A DNA stretch of 64,000 bases from Alphaproteobacteria bacterium (lineage in GTDB: Bacteria; Pseudomonadota; Alphaproteobacteria; UBA828). Shown one piece after another: positions 29,026 to 40,892 of this stretch. Both the position numbers and the translations under genes were made by a program. Numbering within the stretch: the stretch's first letter is position 1; each line of letters starts with the position of its first letter. The stretch lies in the NCBI GenBank assembly GCA_965237415.1, contig CBDEFM010000002.1, forward strand, positions 1,312,001 through 1,376,000, read 5' to 3'. Under the pieces are notes generated by a model. The model was not told where the DNA came from and did no database searches. It was given only the letters and a program-made list of their open reading frames with translations.

Positions 29026-30732
29026 CTAAAACAGCCCGGTGATGTGGCCGTTCTCGTCGACGGCGATGTTGTCGGCGGCAGGCACGCGCGGCAGGCCCGG
29101 CATGGTCATGATCGCGCCGCAGATCACCACCACGAACTCGGCGCCGCCCGAGAGCCGCACCTCGCGGATCGACACCTCGAAGCCGCTCGGCGCGTTCTTG
29201 AGCGCGGCATCTGCCGAGAAGCTGTATTGCGTCTTCGCCATGCACACGGGGAAGTGCCCGAAGCCGCCGGCCTGGAGGTCGTCGAGCTGCCTGCGGACCT
29301 TGTCGTCCGCCGCGATGCCGTCGGCGCCGTAGATCTTCTTGGCGACGGTCTCGATCTTCTCCCAGAGCGTCAGATCGTCCGGGTAGAGAAGCTGGAAGGA
29401 CGAGGGCTTCGCCTCGATCGTGCCCACCACCTCGTGCGCCAGCGCCTCGCAGCCCGCACCGCCCATGGCCCAGTGATCGCACTCCACCGCCGCGACGCCC
29501 ATCTTGGCGCAGGCGTCGGCAACCAGCGCGCGCTCGGCCTCGGTATCGGCCGAGAAGCGGTTGATCGCCACCACCGCCGGCACGCCGTAGCTCCGGACGT
29601 TGCCGACGTGGCGGGCCAGGTTCTCCATGCCCGTGGCCAGCGCCTCCAGATTCTCGGCTCCGAGGTCCGCGCGCGCGATGCCGCCATGCATCTTGAGCGC
29701 CCGGATCGTCGCCACGATGACGGCGCAATCGGGCGCAAGGCCTGCCTTGCGGCACTTGATGTCGAAGAACTTCTCGGCGCCCAGATCGGCGCCGAAACCG
29801 GCCTCGGTCACGACGTAGTCGGCGAGCTTGAGCGCCGCCCTGGTCGCGATCACGGAGTTGCAGCCGTGGGCGATGTTGGCGAAGGGGCCGCCGTGGATGA
29901 GGGCGGGGTTGTTCTCCAGCGTCTGCACGAGGTTGGGCGCGAGCGCGTCCTTGAGCAGCGCGGTCATCGCGCCGTCCGCATTCATCGCGCTCGCGCGCAC
30001 CGGCTCGCGCTCGCGGGTGAGCCCGACCACGATGTTGCCGAGCCGCGCACGCAGCTCGTCGAGATTGCGCGAGAGGCAGAAGATCGCCATCACCTCGGAG
30101 GCCACGGTGATGTCGAAGCCGTCCTCGCGCGGGAAGCCGTTGGCCACGCCGCCCAGCGAGGAGACCACGCTGCGCAAGGCGCGGTCGTTCATATCCACGA
30201 CGCGGCGCCAGCTCACCCGGCGCGGGTCGATGCCGGCCTTGTTGCCCCAGTAGACGTGGTTGTCCACCAATGCCGCGAGCAGGTTGTTGGCGGCACCGAT
30301 GGCGTGGAAGTCGCCGGTGAAGTGGAGGTTGATGTCCTCCATCGGCACCACCTGCGCGTAGCCGCCGCCGGCAGCGCCGCCCTTCACGCCGAAGCAGGGG
30401 CCGAGGCTCGGCTCGCGCAGCGTTATGACCGCGTTCTTGCCGATCCGGTTGAGGCCGTCGCCGAGGCCGACGGTGGTGGTGGTCTTGCCCTCGCCCGCCG
30501 GCGTCGGCGTGATCGCCGTGACCAGGATCAGCTTGCCGTCGGGCCGGTCCTCCAGCGAGCCGATGTAGTCGAGGGTGAGCTTCGCCTTGTCGTGGCCGTA
30601 GGGGACCAGGTGCTCCGCCGCGATGCCGAGGCGGTCCTCGGCGAGATCGAGGATCGGGCGCTTCGTGGCCGCCCGTGCGATGTCGATATCGCTCTTGGGA
30701 TCGGTGTGCTGTGAGCCTGTGGGTTGGGCCAT
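29026..30732 (-). CDS. fhs: Formate--tetrahydrofolate ligase
   Basis: [47 protein letters not shown]. Confidence 0.97.
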   Translation of the reverse strand: MAQPTGSQHTDPKSDIDIARAATKRPILDLAEDRLGIAAEHLVPYGHDKAKLTLDYIGSLEDRPDGKLILVTAITPTPAGEGKTTTTVGLGDGLNRIGKNAVITLREPSLGPCFGVKGGAAGGGYAQVVPMEDINLHFTGDFHAIGAANNLLAALVDNHVYWGNKAGIDPRRVSWRRVVDMNDRALRSVVSSLGGVANGFPREDGFDITVASEVMAIFCLSRNLDELRARLGNIVVGLTREREPVRASAMNADGAMTALLKDALAPNLVQTLENNPALIHGGPFANIAHGCNSVIATRAALKLADYVVTEAGFGADLGAEKFFDIKCRKAGLAPDCAVIVATIRALKMHGGIARADLGAENLEALATGMENLARHVGNVRSYGVPAVVAINRFSADTEAERALVADACAKMGVAAVECDHWAMGGAGCEALAHEVVGTIEAKPSSFQLLYPDDLTLWEKIETVAKKIYGADGIAADDKVRRQLDDLQAGGFGHFPVCMAKTQYSFSADAALKNAPSGFEVSIREVRLSGGAEFVVVICGAIMTMPGLPRVPAADNIAVDENGHITGLF

Positions 30733-30812
30733 GGTCCACTCCCCTCCGCGTCTGCTCCGGCGGCCTGCCCCGCCGTCGCGCCGTGCCCGACGAGGGGGTG
30801 TGACGATGGGGG

Positions 30813-31586
30813 CTAGTGCAGCTTGGCCCAGACGCGTCGGTAGATGACGAACAGTACCGCCGTGAGAACGAAAACGAAGATCAGCACCTTGAGGCCGGTC
30901 TGCTTGCGCTCTTCCAGCTCTGGCTCCGCCGTCCAGGAGAGGAAGACGGTCACGTCGCGGGCGTGCTGAGCGAGGGTCATGGGCGTGCCGTCCACGTACT
31001 CTACAGCCTCGTCGTAGAGGGGCTCCGGCATGGCGATCTGCTGGCCCTGGTAGAAGTGGTTGAAGCTCATGCCGTCGGCGAGCTCCATCCCCTCGGGCGC
31101 CTCGTCCTCGTAGCCGGTCATCAGCGCGTAGATGTAGTCCGCACCGCCCTCCCGCGCCTTGATGATCAGCGAGAGATCCGGCGGCAGCGCGCCGCCGTTC
31201 GAGGCCCGCGCCTCGTTATCGTTGGCGAAGGGCGACGGCCAGTAATCGGAGAGCCGGGCGGAGCGGAAGAACATCTCGCCCTCGTCGTCGGGCCCGTCCT
31301 CGACCTCGTATTCCGCGGCGATCGCCTTCGCCTCCTCCTCGGTGAAGTCGATCTCCAGCAGATTGCGGAAGGCGATGTACTGGAGCGAATGGCAGGCGGA
31401 GCAGACTTCCTGGAACACCTGGAAGCCCCGTTGCAGCTCGCCCCGGTCGAAGGAGCCGAAGACGCCTTCGTGCTGCCAGTCCTGATCGGGAATGTCCACC
31501 GCGTCGCCGGCCGCGTGTGCGGCATGGCCGCCGAAGAGCGCGAGCGCGCCGATCACCAGCCCGGCCAAGAGCGCGCGCCGCATCAC
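30813..31586 (-). CDS. petC: Cytochrome c1
   Basis: [24 protein letters not shown]-terminal TM anchor. Confidence 0.95.
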   Translation of the reverse strand: MMRRALLAGLVIGALALFGGHAAHAAGDAVDIPDQDWQHEGVFGSFDRGELQRGFQVFQEVCSACHSLQYIAFRNLLEIDFTEEEAKAIAAEYEVEDGPDDEGEMFFRSARLSDYWPSPFANDNEARASNGGALPPDLSLIIKAREGGADYIYALMTGYEDEAPEGMELADGMSFNHFYQGQQIAMPEPLYDEAVEYVDGTPMTLAQHARDVTVFLSWTAEPELEERKQTGLKVLIFVFVLTAVLFVIYRRVWAKLH

Positions 31587-32869
31587 GTCCGTTCCCCCGG
31601 CGTCGCAGACGCCGCAGCCCCAGCATCTGCCGGTGCCGCCGCAGACGCGTCCTCACCGCCGCCTTTCAGCACCGCCTGATGGATGCTTTCCGGCAGCCGC
31701 GTGGGCCGCTCGAACTTGCCGATGAGCGGCAGGATGAGGAGGAAGTGCGCGAAGTAGTAGCCGGTCGTTACCTGCCCGATCCAGATGAAGTTGCCCTCGG
31801 GCGTGTTGGCGCCGACCCAGCCGAGCGCGATGCAGTCGACGACGAAGACCCAGAACGCCCACTTGTAGATCGGGCGGAAGCGCGCACTGCGGACTCTGGA
31901 TGTATCCAGCCAGGGCAGGATGAAGAGGATGAAGATCGAGGCGACCATCGCCACGACGCCGCCGAGCTTGTCCGGGATCGCGCGCAGGATCGCGTAGAAC
32001 GGCAGGAAGTACCATTCCGGCACGATGTGCGCCGGCGTCTGCAGCGGGTTCGCCTTCTCGTAGTTGATCACCTCGCCCAGCATGTTCGGCATGTAGAACG
32101 TGAAGAGGAGAAGGATGAACATCATCACCCCTATCCCGAACGAGTCCTTCGCCGTGTAGTACGGGTGGAAGGGGATGGTGTCCTTCTCGCTCTTGATATC
32201 GATGCCGAGCGGGTTGTTCGACTTGCGGTGATGCAGTGCCCAGAGGTGGATGAAGACCACGCCGAAGAGCACGAAGGGCAGCAGATAGTGCAGCGCGTAG
32301 AAGCGGTTGAGCGTCGGGTGATCGACCGAGAAGCCGCCCCACAGCCAGGTGACGACCGTCTCGCCGATCCACGGGATCGCCGAGGTCATGTTGGTGATCA
32401 CCGTCGCCGCCCAGAAGCTCATCTGCCCCCACGGCAGGACGTAGCCCATGAAAGCGCTCGCCATCATGAGCAGCAGGATGATGACGCCCATCCACCACAG
32501 GATTTCGCGCGGCGACTTGTAGGAGCCGTAGTAGAGGCCGCGGAGGAGGTGGATGTAGACCACGGCGAAGAACATCGAGCCGCCGTTGGCGTGGAGATAG
32601 CGCATGAGCCAGCCCCACTCGACGTCGCGCATGATGTGCTCGACGGAGTCGAAGGCGAGGTCGGCATGGGGGGTGTAGTGCATCGCCAGCACCACGCCGG
32701 TCACGATCTGCAGCACCAGCAAGATCCCGGCGAGGGAGCCGAAGTTCCACCAGTAGTTCAGATTGCGCGGCGCCGGGTAATCGATGAGGTGCTTGTTGGT
32801 CCAGCTGAAGACCGGCAGCCGGTACTCGATCCACTGGGCAACGCGGTTCTGCGGTACGGGTGTCGTCAT
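31583..32869 (-). CDS. petB: Cytochrome b
   Basis: [31 protein letters not shown] motif. Confidence 0.97.
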   Translation of the reverse strand: MTTPVPQNRVAQWIEYRLPVFSWTNKHLIDYPAPRNLNYWWNFGSLAGILLVLQIVTGVVLAMHYTPHADLAFDSVEHIMRDVEWGWLMRYLHANGGSMFFAVVYIHLLRGLYYGSYKSPREILWWMGVIILLLMMASAFMGYVLPWGQMSFWAATVITNMTSAIPWIGETVVTWLWGGFSVDHPTLNRFYALHYLLPFVLFGVVFIHLWALHHRKSNNPLGIDIKSEKDTIPFHPYYTAKDSFGIGVMMFILLLFTFYMPNMLGEVINYEKANPLQTPAHIVPEWYFLPFYAILRAIPDKLGGVVAMVASIFILFILPWLDTSRVRSARFRPIYKWAFWVFVVDCIALGWVGANTPEGNFIWIGQVTTGYYFAHFLLILPLIGKFERPTRLPESIHQAVLKGGGEDASAAAPADAGAAASATPGERT

Positions 32870-32882
32870 CCGGCGCGGTCCC

Positions 32883-33437
32883 CTACCCGATCCGAACCAG
32901 CGTGTCGTCGAGGAACTCGTAAGCAGGCACGGAGAGATTGGCCGGCGCCGGTCCCTTGCGGACGCGGCCAGAGGTGTCGTAGTGCGAGCCGTGGCAGGGG
33001 CAGAACCAGCCGCCGTAATCTCCCCTCGGATCGCCGAGCTTGGAGCCCAGCGGCACGCAGCCGAGGTGAGTGCACACCCCTTCGACGATCAGCCATTGCG
33101 CTTGCGGCGCCCGCTCGGCATCCGGCTGCGGATCGGACAGGTCGTCGAGCGCGACCGCCTGCGCTGCGGCGATCTCGTCCGCCGTGCGATAGCGTATGAA
33201 GACCGGCCGGCCGCGCCACTTGACCACGATGGTCTGGCCTTCCTCGATTGAGGAGAGATCGACTTCGGTGGACGACAGCGCCAGCACGTCGGCCGAGGGG
33301 TTCATGGTCTCGATCAGCGGCCAGGTGATGCCCACCACCGCCATGCCGCCCATCGCGCCCGCTGCCAGCACCAGGAAGTCGCGTCGCGTGCCCGCGTGCT
33401 CGGACGAGCTATCAGAGGGCGTCGCGGCGTCTGCCAT
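32883..33437 (-). CDS. petA: Ubiquinol-cytochrome c reductase Rieske subunit
   Basis: Tat motif TRRDFL, CTHLGC, CPCHGS. Confidence 0.96.
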   Translation of the reverse strand: MADAATPSDSSSEHAGTRRDFLVLAAGAMGGMAVVGITWPLIETMNPSADVLALSSTEVDLSSIEEGQTIVVKWRGRPVFIRYRTADEIAAAQAVALDDLSDPQPDAERAPQAQWLIVEGVCTHLGCVPLGSKLGDPRGDYGGWFCPCHGSHYDTSGRVRKGPAPANLSVPAYEFLDDTLVRIG

Positions 33438-33603
33438 GGTTGGACCCTTCGGATTGCCTGACGGAATTGCCGGCGAGAACCTAGAATCGAGCAACAGTCA
33501 CGACACGCTCGCGGCGGCTGCCGCGAGCGGCGACAGGGTTAGCACGGGCCGTGGGCAAGGGCAAGACGGTAAGAACACGGCCGCGGCGATCGTTGTCACA
33601 GCC

Positions 33604-35394
33604 TCAGGATAGGGCGGCCCGGGCCTCCTCGGTCGCCTCCCGATCGACCGCCAGCGTGTCGCTCTCGCGGGCGCCGGTGAGCACGACTCCGTAGATCTCG
33701 CGGGCGCGCTCGGGCGTCTCCCAGCCGCGCGCAACATCCATGCGCACCCGCTCGGGATCGCGCTCCATCGGCTCGCCATACCCGCCGCCGCCGGCGTCGA
33801 AACCGCGGATCAGCTCGCCCGGCAGGAGGTCGAGCTGCACGACGTTGGGCAGCTTTGTCTCGTCGCCGTTGGCGCCGACCTTGAACTGCACGGCCGGCGT
33901 GCCGTCGTGGCCGCCCTGGGCGCCCCGCGCCGGGTTGATCTGGCAGTCCGACGGGATGACCAGCGTCATCGGGTCCTCGCGCGGCCCGTAGACGACCTCG
34001 CAGGCAGGGCCGCCGCGATGGCGCCCTGCGCCGCCGGTGCCGGGCATGAGGCGCACGGTCTTGAACAGCATCGGGTGCTTCACCTCGGCGAGCTCGATGC
34101 TGTCCCGATACATGAGGCCCGAGACCACAGGCAGCACGTAGGTGACCCAGCCGTCCGCCTTGGGCCCTGCCGGGCCGCCGTTCACCACCATCATGAGCTG
34201 GTTGATGTAGGGATCGCCGCCGCGCCGGAAATCCTTGCCGCTCAGCACCGCGGTGGCGGCGCACATGGCGCTGCCCCCCTCCGCGAGGCCGAAGCCGTCG
34301 CCGAGCTTGGCCATCGCCGAATGGGTGATGTTGACCAGACGGTCGGCGACATTGGTGGTGGCCATCGAGGTCGAATGGGGGAAGGACGGGCGGCCGACGA
34401 CGCAGCCGTCACGCAGCAGCACGTCCACGCGCCGGAACGACCCGCCGTTGTGCGGAATCTCCGGCCCCAGACAGTTGAAGAGGCCGGCCACGACATTGTT
34501 GATCGCGCAGGCCTCCGATTGGTTGAGGCCGCAGTCGACGCAGTCGATATTGTCGCGCAGGTCGATGGTGATCCGGCCCGCGTCGGGGTCAATGCGGACC
34601 TCGACCTTGATGGGGATTCCATCCGGCAGGAACGGCTCGAACGGATCGTGCGCACCCTCGGCCTCGACCTCGGCCTCGGGCAACGCCTGGATCGCCTGCA
34701 CCATGCGGCGCTCCGAATAGTCGAACCACTCGTGGATGAAGGTCTTGATGGTGTCCTTGCCGTACTTGGCGCAGAGCTCCTTCAGGCGCCGCTCGGCGAT
34801 GCGCGCCGCGCCGAGCTCGGCCAGGAAGTCGCCGTACCACTGCTCCGGCACGCGAATCCTGCGCCGGCACATGCGGATCACGTCGTCCACCATCTCGTAG
34901 CCCCGCTGCACGCGGACGCAGGGGAAGATCAGCGAGCCCTCCTCGTACACGTCCTTCGCCGCGGCGTGATAGGTGGTCGGGATGCTGTTGCCGATGTCCG
35001 CCTGATGGCCCTTGGCGCAGGCGGTGAAGAAGTGCTCGCCGTCGATGAAGACCGGCACCAGCACCGCGTGATCGGCCGGGTGGGTATTGCCGAGATAGGG
35101 GTCGTTGTGGAGGAACGCATCCCCTACGGCGAGATCGTCGTGCAGCTCGGTCATGGCCCGCGTCTGCAGGTGCGAGCCGAAAATATGGACCGGCAAACCC
35201 TCCGCCGTCGCCAAGAGCTGGTTGTCGGCAGTGCAGATCGCGCACGAGAAATCCCGCGCCACGGCGATCACGGCCGAGCGCGCTGCCTTGAGCAGCGTGT
35301 TCGACATCTCGCGCACAATGCCGTCGAGCCGGTTGGAGAGCACCGAGAGAAGGACCGGGTCCAGCGCCTCGGGCGTTTGCGCAGGCTGTGTCAT
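33604..35394 (-). CDS. Hydantoinase B/oxoprolinase family protein
   Basis: DFSCAI, NDPYLGNTHPAD, H.ADIG, GAGRHRGG, GGGGYG.P.ER. Confidence 0.9.
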   Translation of the reverse strand: MTQPAQTPEALDPVLLSVLSNRLDGIVREMSNTLLKAARSAVIAVARDFSCAICTADNQLLATAEGLPVHIFGSHLQTRAMTELHDDLAVGDAFLHNDPYLGNTHPADHAVLVPVFIDGEHFFTACAKGHQADIGNSIPTTYHAAAKDVYEEGSLIFPCVRVQRGYEMVDDVIRMCRRRIRVPEQWYGDFLAELGAARIAERRLKELCAKYGKDTIKTFIHEWFDYSERRMVQAIQALPEAEVEAEGAHDPFEPFLPDGIPIKVEVRIDPDAGRITIDLRDNIDCVDCGLNQSEACAINNVVAGLFNCLGPEIPHNGGSFRRVDVLLRDGCVVGRPSFPHSTSMATTNVADRLVNITHSAMAKLGDGFGLAEGGSAMCAATAVLSGKDFRRGGDPYINQLMMVVNGGPAGPKADGWVTYVLPVVSGLMYRDSIELAEVKHPMLFKTVRLMPGTGGAGRHRGGPACEVVYGPREDPMTLVIPSDCQINPARGAQGGHDGTPAVQFKVGANGDETKLPNVVQLDLLPGELIRGFDAGGGGYGEPMERDPERVRMDVARGWETPERAREIYGVVLTGARESDTLAVDREATEEARAALS

Positions 35395-35395
35395 C

Positions 35396-37468
35396 TCAGA
35401 AGGCCTCCAGGATGAAGTTGCCGCCGGCGCTCAGCCGGGTTCGCGTGCCGGGGTCGACCACGATCGTGGTGGTCGGCTCCTCGACGATGGCGGGCCCCTC
35501 GATCACGGCGCCGGGGCTCAGGTTGCGGCCGAGGTAGATCGGGGTCTCGATTCGCGAACCGCCACCGAAATAGGCGGGCCGGCGGCTGTCCGGCTCCGGC
35601 ACCCCCGCGGCGGCCTCGCTCGTGGGCGGCCGGGGCGCCTCGTCGAGGCCGACGGAGAGCCGCCCCTTCCAGTTCAGGCATTCGAGGATGCTGTCCGGAT
35701 CGCGCACGGCGAAGACCTGCTCGTGGGTGGCATGAAAGCGCTCGACCAGGGCGGCGACGTCATGCTCGTTCTCGAAGCGCTCCATTGGCAGCGCCACATC
35801 GAGCTCCCACACCTGGAACAGATATCGCGCCTCGACGAAGCGCTCGATGCGCGTGGTCCCGAGCCCGCGCTCGCCGAGGGTCGCGGCGAAGCGCTCCAGC
35901 TCGGCGTCGATGGCCGCGAGCACGGCGTTCACCCCCTCGAAATCGAAGCCGACGGAGCGCGTGACCATGCTGGCCGAATGCTCGTGAACCACGTCCGAGA
36001 CCTGCATCCCGCAGGCGCTGAGCACCGCGGCGGTGCGCGGCAAAATCACCCGCTCGCAGCCGAGCTCGCCGGCAATCGCCATGGCGCCGAGGCCGGCCGC
36101 GCCGCCGCCCGCGACGAGTGTGCATTCGCGGGGATTGAAGCCTTCGGTGACGGTGATGTCCTGAATCGCCTTGATCATCAGCTCGTTGGCGAGGCTCATG
36201 ATGGCATGCGCGCCGTCGTCGAGGGATTTGCCGAGTTGGTCGGCGAGCGTGCCCACCGCGCGTCTGGCCGCCTCCGTGTCGAGGGCGAGACGCCCGCCGA
36301 GGAAGTAGTCGGGGTCGAGATAGCCTAAGAGCAGCGCCGCATCGGTCACCGTGGGCTCGGTGCCGCCCGTGCCGTAGCAGGCGGGCCCCGGCACGGCGCC
36401 GGCGCTGCGCGGGCCCACCCTGAGCAGGCCGCCCGGATCGATCCAGGCGATCGAACCGCCGCCGGCGCCGATGCTGCGCACGTCCACGGAGGAGATCGAC
36501 AGGATATGGCCGATCCACTGGCCGCCGATCCAGGTCTCGCGGGTTTGCTTCACCGCGCCGTCCCGCACCAGGCTCACGTCGAAGGTGGTGCCGCCCGCAT
36601 CGCAGACGATCACGTCGTCGCCGAAGCCCTCCATCTGCGAATAGGTCAGCGCCGCGACCGGCGCCATGGCCGGGCCGGACTTGACCGTGTGGATGGGCCG
36701 CGCGATCAGCTCGTCGACGTGCATGCAGCCGCCGACCGAGGTGCTCACCAGAATCTCGCCCTTGCATCCGGCTTCGCGGAGATCGTCCTCCATGCCGCGC
36801 AGATGCGCCTGCATCAGCGGCTTGAGCGAGGCGTCGATGGCGGTGGCGGATGCGCGCCGGTATTCGCGCACAATGGGGATCAGCCGGTGCGAGAGGGTGT
36901 AGGGGACGCCCGGCAGAACCTCCTCGATCAGCGCGGCAAGCGCCTGCTCGTGCGCGGGGTTGGCGACCGCCCACAATAGGCAGACTGCGACCGCCTCGAA
37001 ACCGCGCTCGCCCACGAGTTCCAAGACCGCGCGCGCCTGCTCGCGATCCAGCGGCGTCACCACGCCGCCCTCGGCATCGATCCGCTCGTCGATCTCGAAG
37101 GTGTGAGCCTGCGGGATGTAGGGGTCCGGGTAATCGGTCTCGAAGTCGTGGACCCCGTGCTTGCCGCCCTCCTTCAGCACCAGGATGTCGGGGAAGCCGG
37201 CGGTGACCAGGAACGCGGTCTTGGCGACCGCGCCCTGGACGATCGCGTTGGTGGCGCGCGTGGTCCCGTAGATGAGCAGATCGGTCTCGCCGAGCAGCTC
37301 GGGCAGGCTCAGGCCCAGCTGCTCGGCCGCGTTCTCCAGCGCGCCCCGCATGCCGACGAAGATGCGATCAGGCGTGGTCGGCGCCTTGCCGACCACCTCC
37401 CGCCCGTCTCCGCCGGCCACCACATCGGTAAAGGTGCCGCCGGTATCGACGGAGATGCGAAGCCCCAC
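35396..37468 (-). CDS. Hydantoinase A/oxoprolinase family protein
   Basis: VDTGGTFTD, SGPA, D.GGTTFDV, GAGGGSIA, GP.SAGA.PGPACY. Confidence 0.92.
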   Translation of the reverse strand: MGLRISVDTGGTFTDVVAGGDGREVVGKAPTTPDRIFVGMRGALENAAEQLGLSLPELLGETDLLIYGTTRATNAIVQGAVAKTAFLVTAGFPDILVLKEGGKHGVHDFETDYPDPYIPQAHTFEIDERIDAEGGVVTPLDREQARAVLELVGERGFEAVAVCLLWAVANPAHEQALAALIEEVLPGVPYTLSHRLIPIVREYRRASATAIDASLKPLMQAHLRGMEDDLREAGCKGEILVSTSVGGCMHVDELIARPIHTVKSGPAMAPVAALTYSQMEGFGDDVIVCDAGGTTFDVSLVRDGAVKQTRETWIGGQWIGHILSISSVDVRSIGAGGGSIAWIDPGGLLRVGPRSAGAVPGPACYGTGGTEPTVTDAALLLGYLDPDYFLGGRLALDTEAARRAVGTLADQLGKSLDDGAHAIMSLANELMIKAIQDITVTEGFNPRECTLVAGGGAAGLGAMAIAGELGCERVILPRTAAVLSACGMQVSDVVHEHSASMVTRSVGFDFEGVNAVLAAIDAELERFAATLGERGLGTTRIERFVEARYLFQVWELDVALPMERFENEHDVAALVERFHATHEQVFAVRDPDSILECLNWKGRLSVGLDEAPRPPTSEAAAGVPEPDSRRPAYFGGGSRIETPIYLGRNLSPGAVIEGPAIVEEPTTTIVVDPGTRTRLSAGGNFILEAF

Positions 37469-37493
37469 GGAGGGGCGCCCTGGCGGCGGGAAC

Positions 37494-38891
37494 TCAGCCC
37501 TTGCCGAAGACGCTCTCTACCGCCTCGCCGTAGATGCCGACGGTCTCGTCGACATTTGCCCGCGTGAAGGTGAGCGGCGGCGAGAAGGCGTTGACCGGCA
37601 GGAAGGGCAGCCCGCGCGTGAGCAATCCGCGCTCCTGCGCCGCGGCCGAGACGCGCCGATGCGCCGGCGGAGTCATGTCGGGCGCCGCCTTGCTCCCGGG
37701 CTCAGCGACATACTCGACGCCGAGAATGAGGCCCACGCCGCGGATATCGCCGACATTGGGGTGATCGCCCACCCGCTCCTCCAGGCACCGCTTGAAGTAG
37801 GGGCCGACCTCGGCCGCGTTGGCGACCAGGTTCTCGGACTCCATGATCTCCAGGTTGGCGAGACCGACGGCGGCGCCCACCGGGTGGCCCGAGTAGGTGA
37901 AGCCGTGGGCGAACATGCCGACCTCGGGCGTGCCGTCCGCCAGCACCTGCCAGACCTCGTCGGAGATCGCGACCGCCGACATCGGGAAGTAGGCGCTGGT
38001 GAGCCCCTTGGCGAAGGTCATCATGTCGGGCTTGAGCCCGAAGTAGCTCGCGCCGAACCAGGTGCCGAGGCGCCCGAAGCCGCAGATCACCTCGTCCGCG
38101 ATGAAGAGGATGTCGTGCTTCTTGAGGATCGCCTGCACCTTGTCGTAGTAGCCGCCGCCCGGGATGATCACGCCGCCGGTGCCCATCACCGGCTCGGCGA
38201 TGAAGGCCGCAATCGTCTCCGGCCCTTCCCGCTCGATCATCGCCTCGAGCGATGCGGCCATGCGGTCGGCGAACGCCTCCTCGCTCTCGCCCTCATGGCC
38301 TTCGCGCCAGTAGTGCGGGAAGTCGGTGTGCAGCACGCCCTCGATGGGCAGGTCGAAGGCCTTGTGGTAGAGCGGAATGCCCGTGAGGCTGCCAGCCGCG
38401 GCGGTGACGCCGTGATAGGCGCCGAGGCGCGAGATGATCTTCTTCTTCTCGGGCCGGCCGAGCAGGTTGTTGTAGTAGCGGACCAGCTTGAACTGCGTGT
38501 CGTTCCCGTCCGAGCCTGAGAGCCCGAAGAACACCTTGCCGATATGGTGGCAGTCCGCATGCTCATGGAGCAGCGAGAGCAGCCTCTCGGCCAGCCTGAT
38601 CTGGGGCTCGTTGGAGGCGGCGCCGAAGGTATGGAAGAAGCCGATGCGCGACATTTCCTCGGCCGCGACCTCGGCAAGCTTGGTCCGCCCGTAGCCGATA
38701 TTGACGCACCAGAGCGCCGCCGCGGCATCGATATAACCCTTGCCCTGGAGGTCGTAGACCTTCACCCCGCCGCTCCTGCCATAGATGACGGGGCCTGCGG
38801 TCTGATGCTCGGCAATCGAGGTGACCGGGTGCAACAGGACCTGCCTGTCGAGTTCCTCCAGCGAGATGTTCTGGGCCTGATCGAGCGACAT
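37494..38891 (-). CDS. Class III (omega-amino) aminotransferase
   Basis: [33 protein letters not shown] (PLP lysine), HGFTYSGHP. Confidence 0.93.
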   Translation of the reverse strand: MSLDQAQNISLEELDRQVLLHPVTSIAEHQTAGPVIYGRSGGVKVYDLQGKGYIDAAAALWCVNIGYGRTKLAEVAAEEMSRIGFFHTFGAASNEPQIRLAERLLSLLHEHADCHHIGKVFFGLSGSDGNDTQFKLVRYYNNLLGRPEKKKIISRLGAYHGVTAAAGSLTGIPLYHKAFDLPIEGVLHTDFPHYWREGHEGESEEAFADRMAASLEAMIEREGPETIAAFIAEPVMGTGGVIIPGGGYYDKVQAILKKHDILFIADEVICGFGRLGTWFGASYFGLKPDMMTFAKGLTSAYFPMSAVAISDEVWQVLADGTPEVGMFAHGFTYSGHPVGAAVGLANLEIMESENLVANAAEVGPYFKRCLEERVGDHPNVGDIRGVGLILGVEYVAEPGSKAAPDMTPPAHRRVSAAAQERGLLTRGLPFLPVNAFSPPLTFTRANVDETVGIYGEAVESVFGKG

Positions 38892-39084
38892 GCTGCGTCT
38901 CCATGTTGAGGGTTGGCAAGCCGCCGCAATGGTCGGACCGCACGGCAGCGGGGCTGCGCCAGCCTAAGCCAGGCCGCCCTGCGCAGCAACGGTGCGCGAG
39001 GCCCGGCGGCTATCGAGCGTTTCGGCCCAGGATGAGCCCCCTGGCCCTCCCTTTGTTAATCGCCTGACCCTAGCCAATCGCCGT

Positions 39085-39672
39085 TTACTCAGGGAGATCC
39101 AGGCGAACGAGCCTCCACTTGTAGGTGGGATTGTTCCCCCAAGTATAATCTCCTCCAATCCAAACCCCAAGTTCTGGATCATAAAATCCCCAGCCCTTGG
39201 CACGATGGCCGACTCCCTTTTCTGTGAATGCAATTTTGAATAACTGCCGCGTGCCAAGAATAGTCTTCACCCTCTTGAACGCAACAACTTCGTAGGTTGC
39301 ATTCAAGTTCCAGTCTCGTTCAGAATAGTTGACAGTTGTCTTATTGCTCACCTTAAGCGGGAAGATCTTGTCCACTGTCGCCGTATCGTAGGACCTCTTC
39401 TTTCCCTCAGAACTTATGCTTTCTGCTATGCCTTTATATATGTGCCACGTGGCGCTCTTAAGTTGAGAGGAGCGGGCACCCCTGACGTGGACTTTGCCGC
39501 CATCGACTGCGACGACCTCCCAGGATGCGCCGAAGTTGTAAGTGGCCTTGGTGCCGACCGGGGGCGCATTCCACGTTCCGTCCGGTTCGTCCTCGGCGAC
39601 AGCATTCGCGAACGGCGCCCCCAACATGACGAGCGCACACAACACGATCTTTCCGAATCTAATCAGTCGCAT
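39085..39672 (-). CDS. Hypothetical secreted protein (low GC)
   Basis: Signal peptide MRLIRFGKIVLCALVMLGAPFANAVA, GGAG RBS, beta-rich body; no family recognised. Confidence 0.6.
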   Translation of the reverse strand: MRLIRFGKIVLCALVMLGAPFANAVAEDEPDGTWNAPPVGTKATYNFGASWEVVAVDGGKVHVRGARSSQLKSATWHIYKGIAESISSEGKKRSYDTATVDKIFPLKVSNKTTVNYSERDWNLNATYEVVAFKRVKTILGTRQLFKIAFTEKGVGHRAKGWGFYDPELGVWIGGDYTWGNNPTYKWRLVRLDLPE

Positions 39673-39892
39673 GGTTGCTCCCCCTCCCCATTTTGGCGTC
39701 TGCTTCGCGAGTTTCCCTGACGGTCGGGGAAACTCGAAAGCGCGGCGCCTCCGTTGTCGTCGCCACAACATCGTCATCGGAACGCGATGCGGCGACGCGA
39801 TTCATGGTGTTTCCCATTATGGTGTCTCTCTCGACGCTCTCAATCCCGCCGTCGCCGGAGCAACCGCCGACCCGTGCGGCGTGGATGTCAGT

Positions 39893-40025
39893 CTAGTCAT
39901 CTGGCACTGAAGTTGAGATCATTATAGATTAGCAGTGCTGCCACACTAAGTCGCTCTATTGTCGAAGAATTTAGTCGTTCAACATAGTTAGCTTTATGTG
40001 GCGAACTTCAGATTCAGGTGACTAG
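39893..40025. mobile_element. MITE of about 130 bp with terminal inverted repeats and CTAG at both ends
   Basis: CTAGTCATCTGGCACTGAAGTT ... AACTTCAGATTCAGGTGACTAG around an AT-rich core with no ORF. Confidence 0.75.
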
Positions 40026-40737
40026 GTTCTTGATCGGCCTGCCCTCGGTCCAATCGAAGGTCCCGCTATCGCGTTCCCGCACGGCCTGTTTCCAGCCGAC
40101 CTCTTCTGGCCCTCTTCTTGAAATTCAGGCCCTCCGGCCAATGGCGCGTGATGCCGTCGAAGATCGTGGCGAGCCGCTGGGTGTTCATAAGCCCGGTGGC
40201 CTCGATCGCCTGATTGATGACCAGCTTTTGCATGGCCAGCTGGTTGATCGGCACGCTCGCCATGCGCCGGGCGAGGACTTCCACCTCGTCATCCAGCGCG
40301 GCGGCGGGAACGGCCTTCAGCACGAGGCCCATGTCGGCGGCCTCCCTGCCGGTGATCTTGTCGCCGGTGAAGAGCATACGCTTCGCCCTTTCCGGCCCCA
40401 GACGGTAGACCCACATGGCGGTCGTCGGGCAGCCCCAGACCCGCGCCGGCATGTAGCCGATCTCGGTGTCCTCGGCCATGAGAGGCAGGTCGGCGCAAAG
40501 CGCGATGTCGGAGCCGCCGGCGAGCGCGAGGCCATGCACCTTGCAGATCACGGGCTTCAGCGCCCGCCAGAGCGCCATGAAGTGCTGGGTGTTCGCCCAC
40601 ATGAAGGCGTAGTCCTGGATCGGGTCCCAGGGCATCTCCTGGCCCACGTACTCGCCATCGCTTCCGCCGGTGTCTCCGCTCGCGTAGTGCGTGAGGTCGT
40701 AGCCGGCACAGAAGGCCCGCCCGGCGCCCGAGAGCAC
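40014..40737 (-). pseudogene. Crotonase/enoyl-CoA hydratase pseudogene (5' truncated, frameshifted, MITE in the 3' end)
   Basis: SGAGRAFCAGYDL, KPVICKVHG.ALAGGSDIALCAD; N-terminus missing; frameshift near 40105 separates ...FKKRA from EEVGWKQAVRERD. Confidence 0.8.
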
Positions 40738-40892
40738 CCGCTTCCTGTCGCTAAAGGAGGTCGCTTGCCTGCATCGGATCGCCCTATCCCAGGACGGCTC
40801 TCGGCAGGCAGCGTCTTGGAATACCGCCTTGCCGGCCCTCCCGGCGGTCTCTACTGTGCCACTCGATTTGACGATCTCGGGACGCGTGGACA

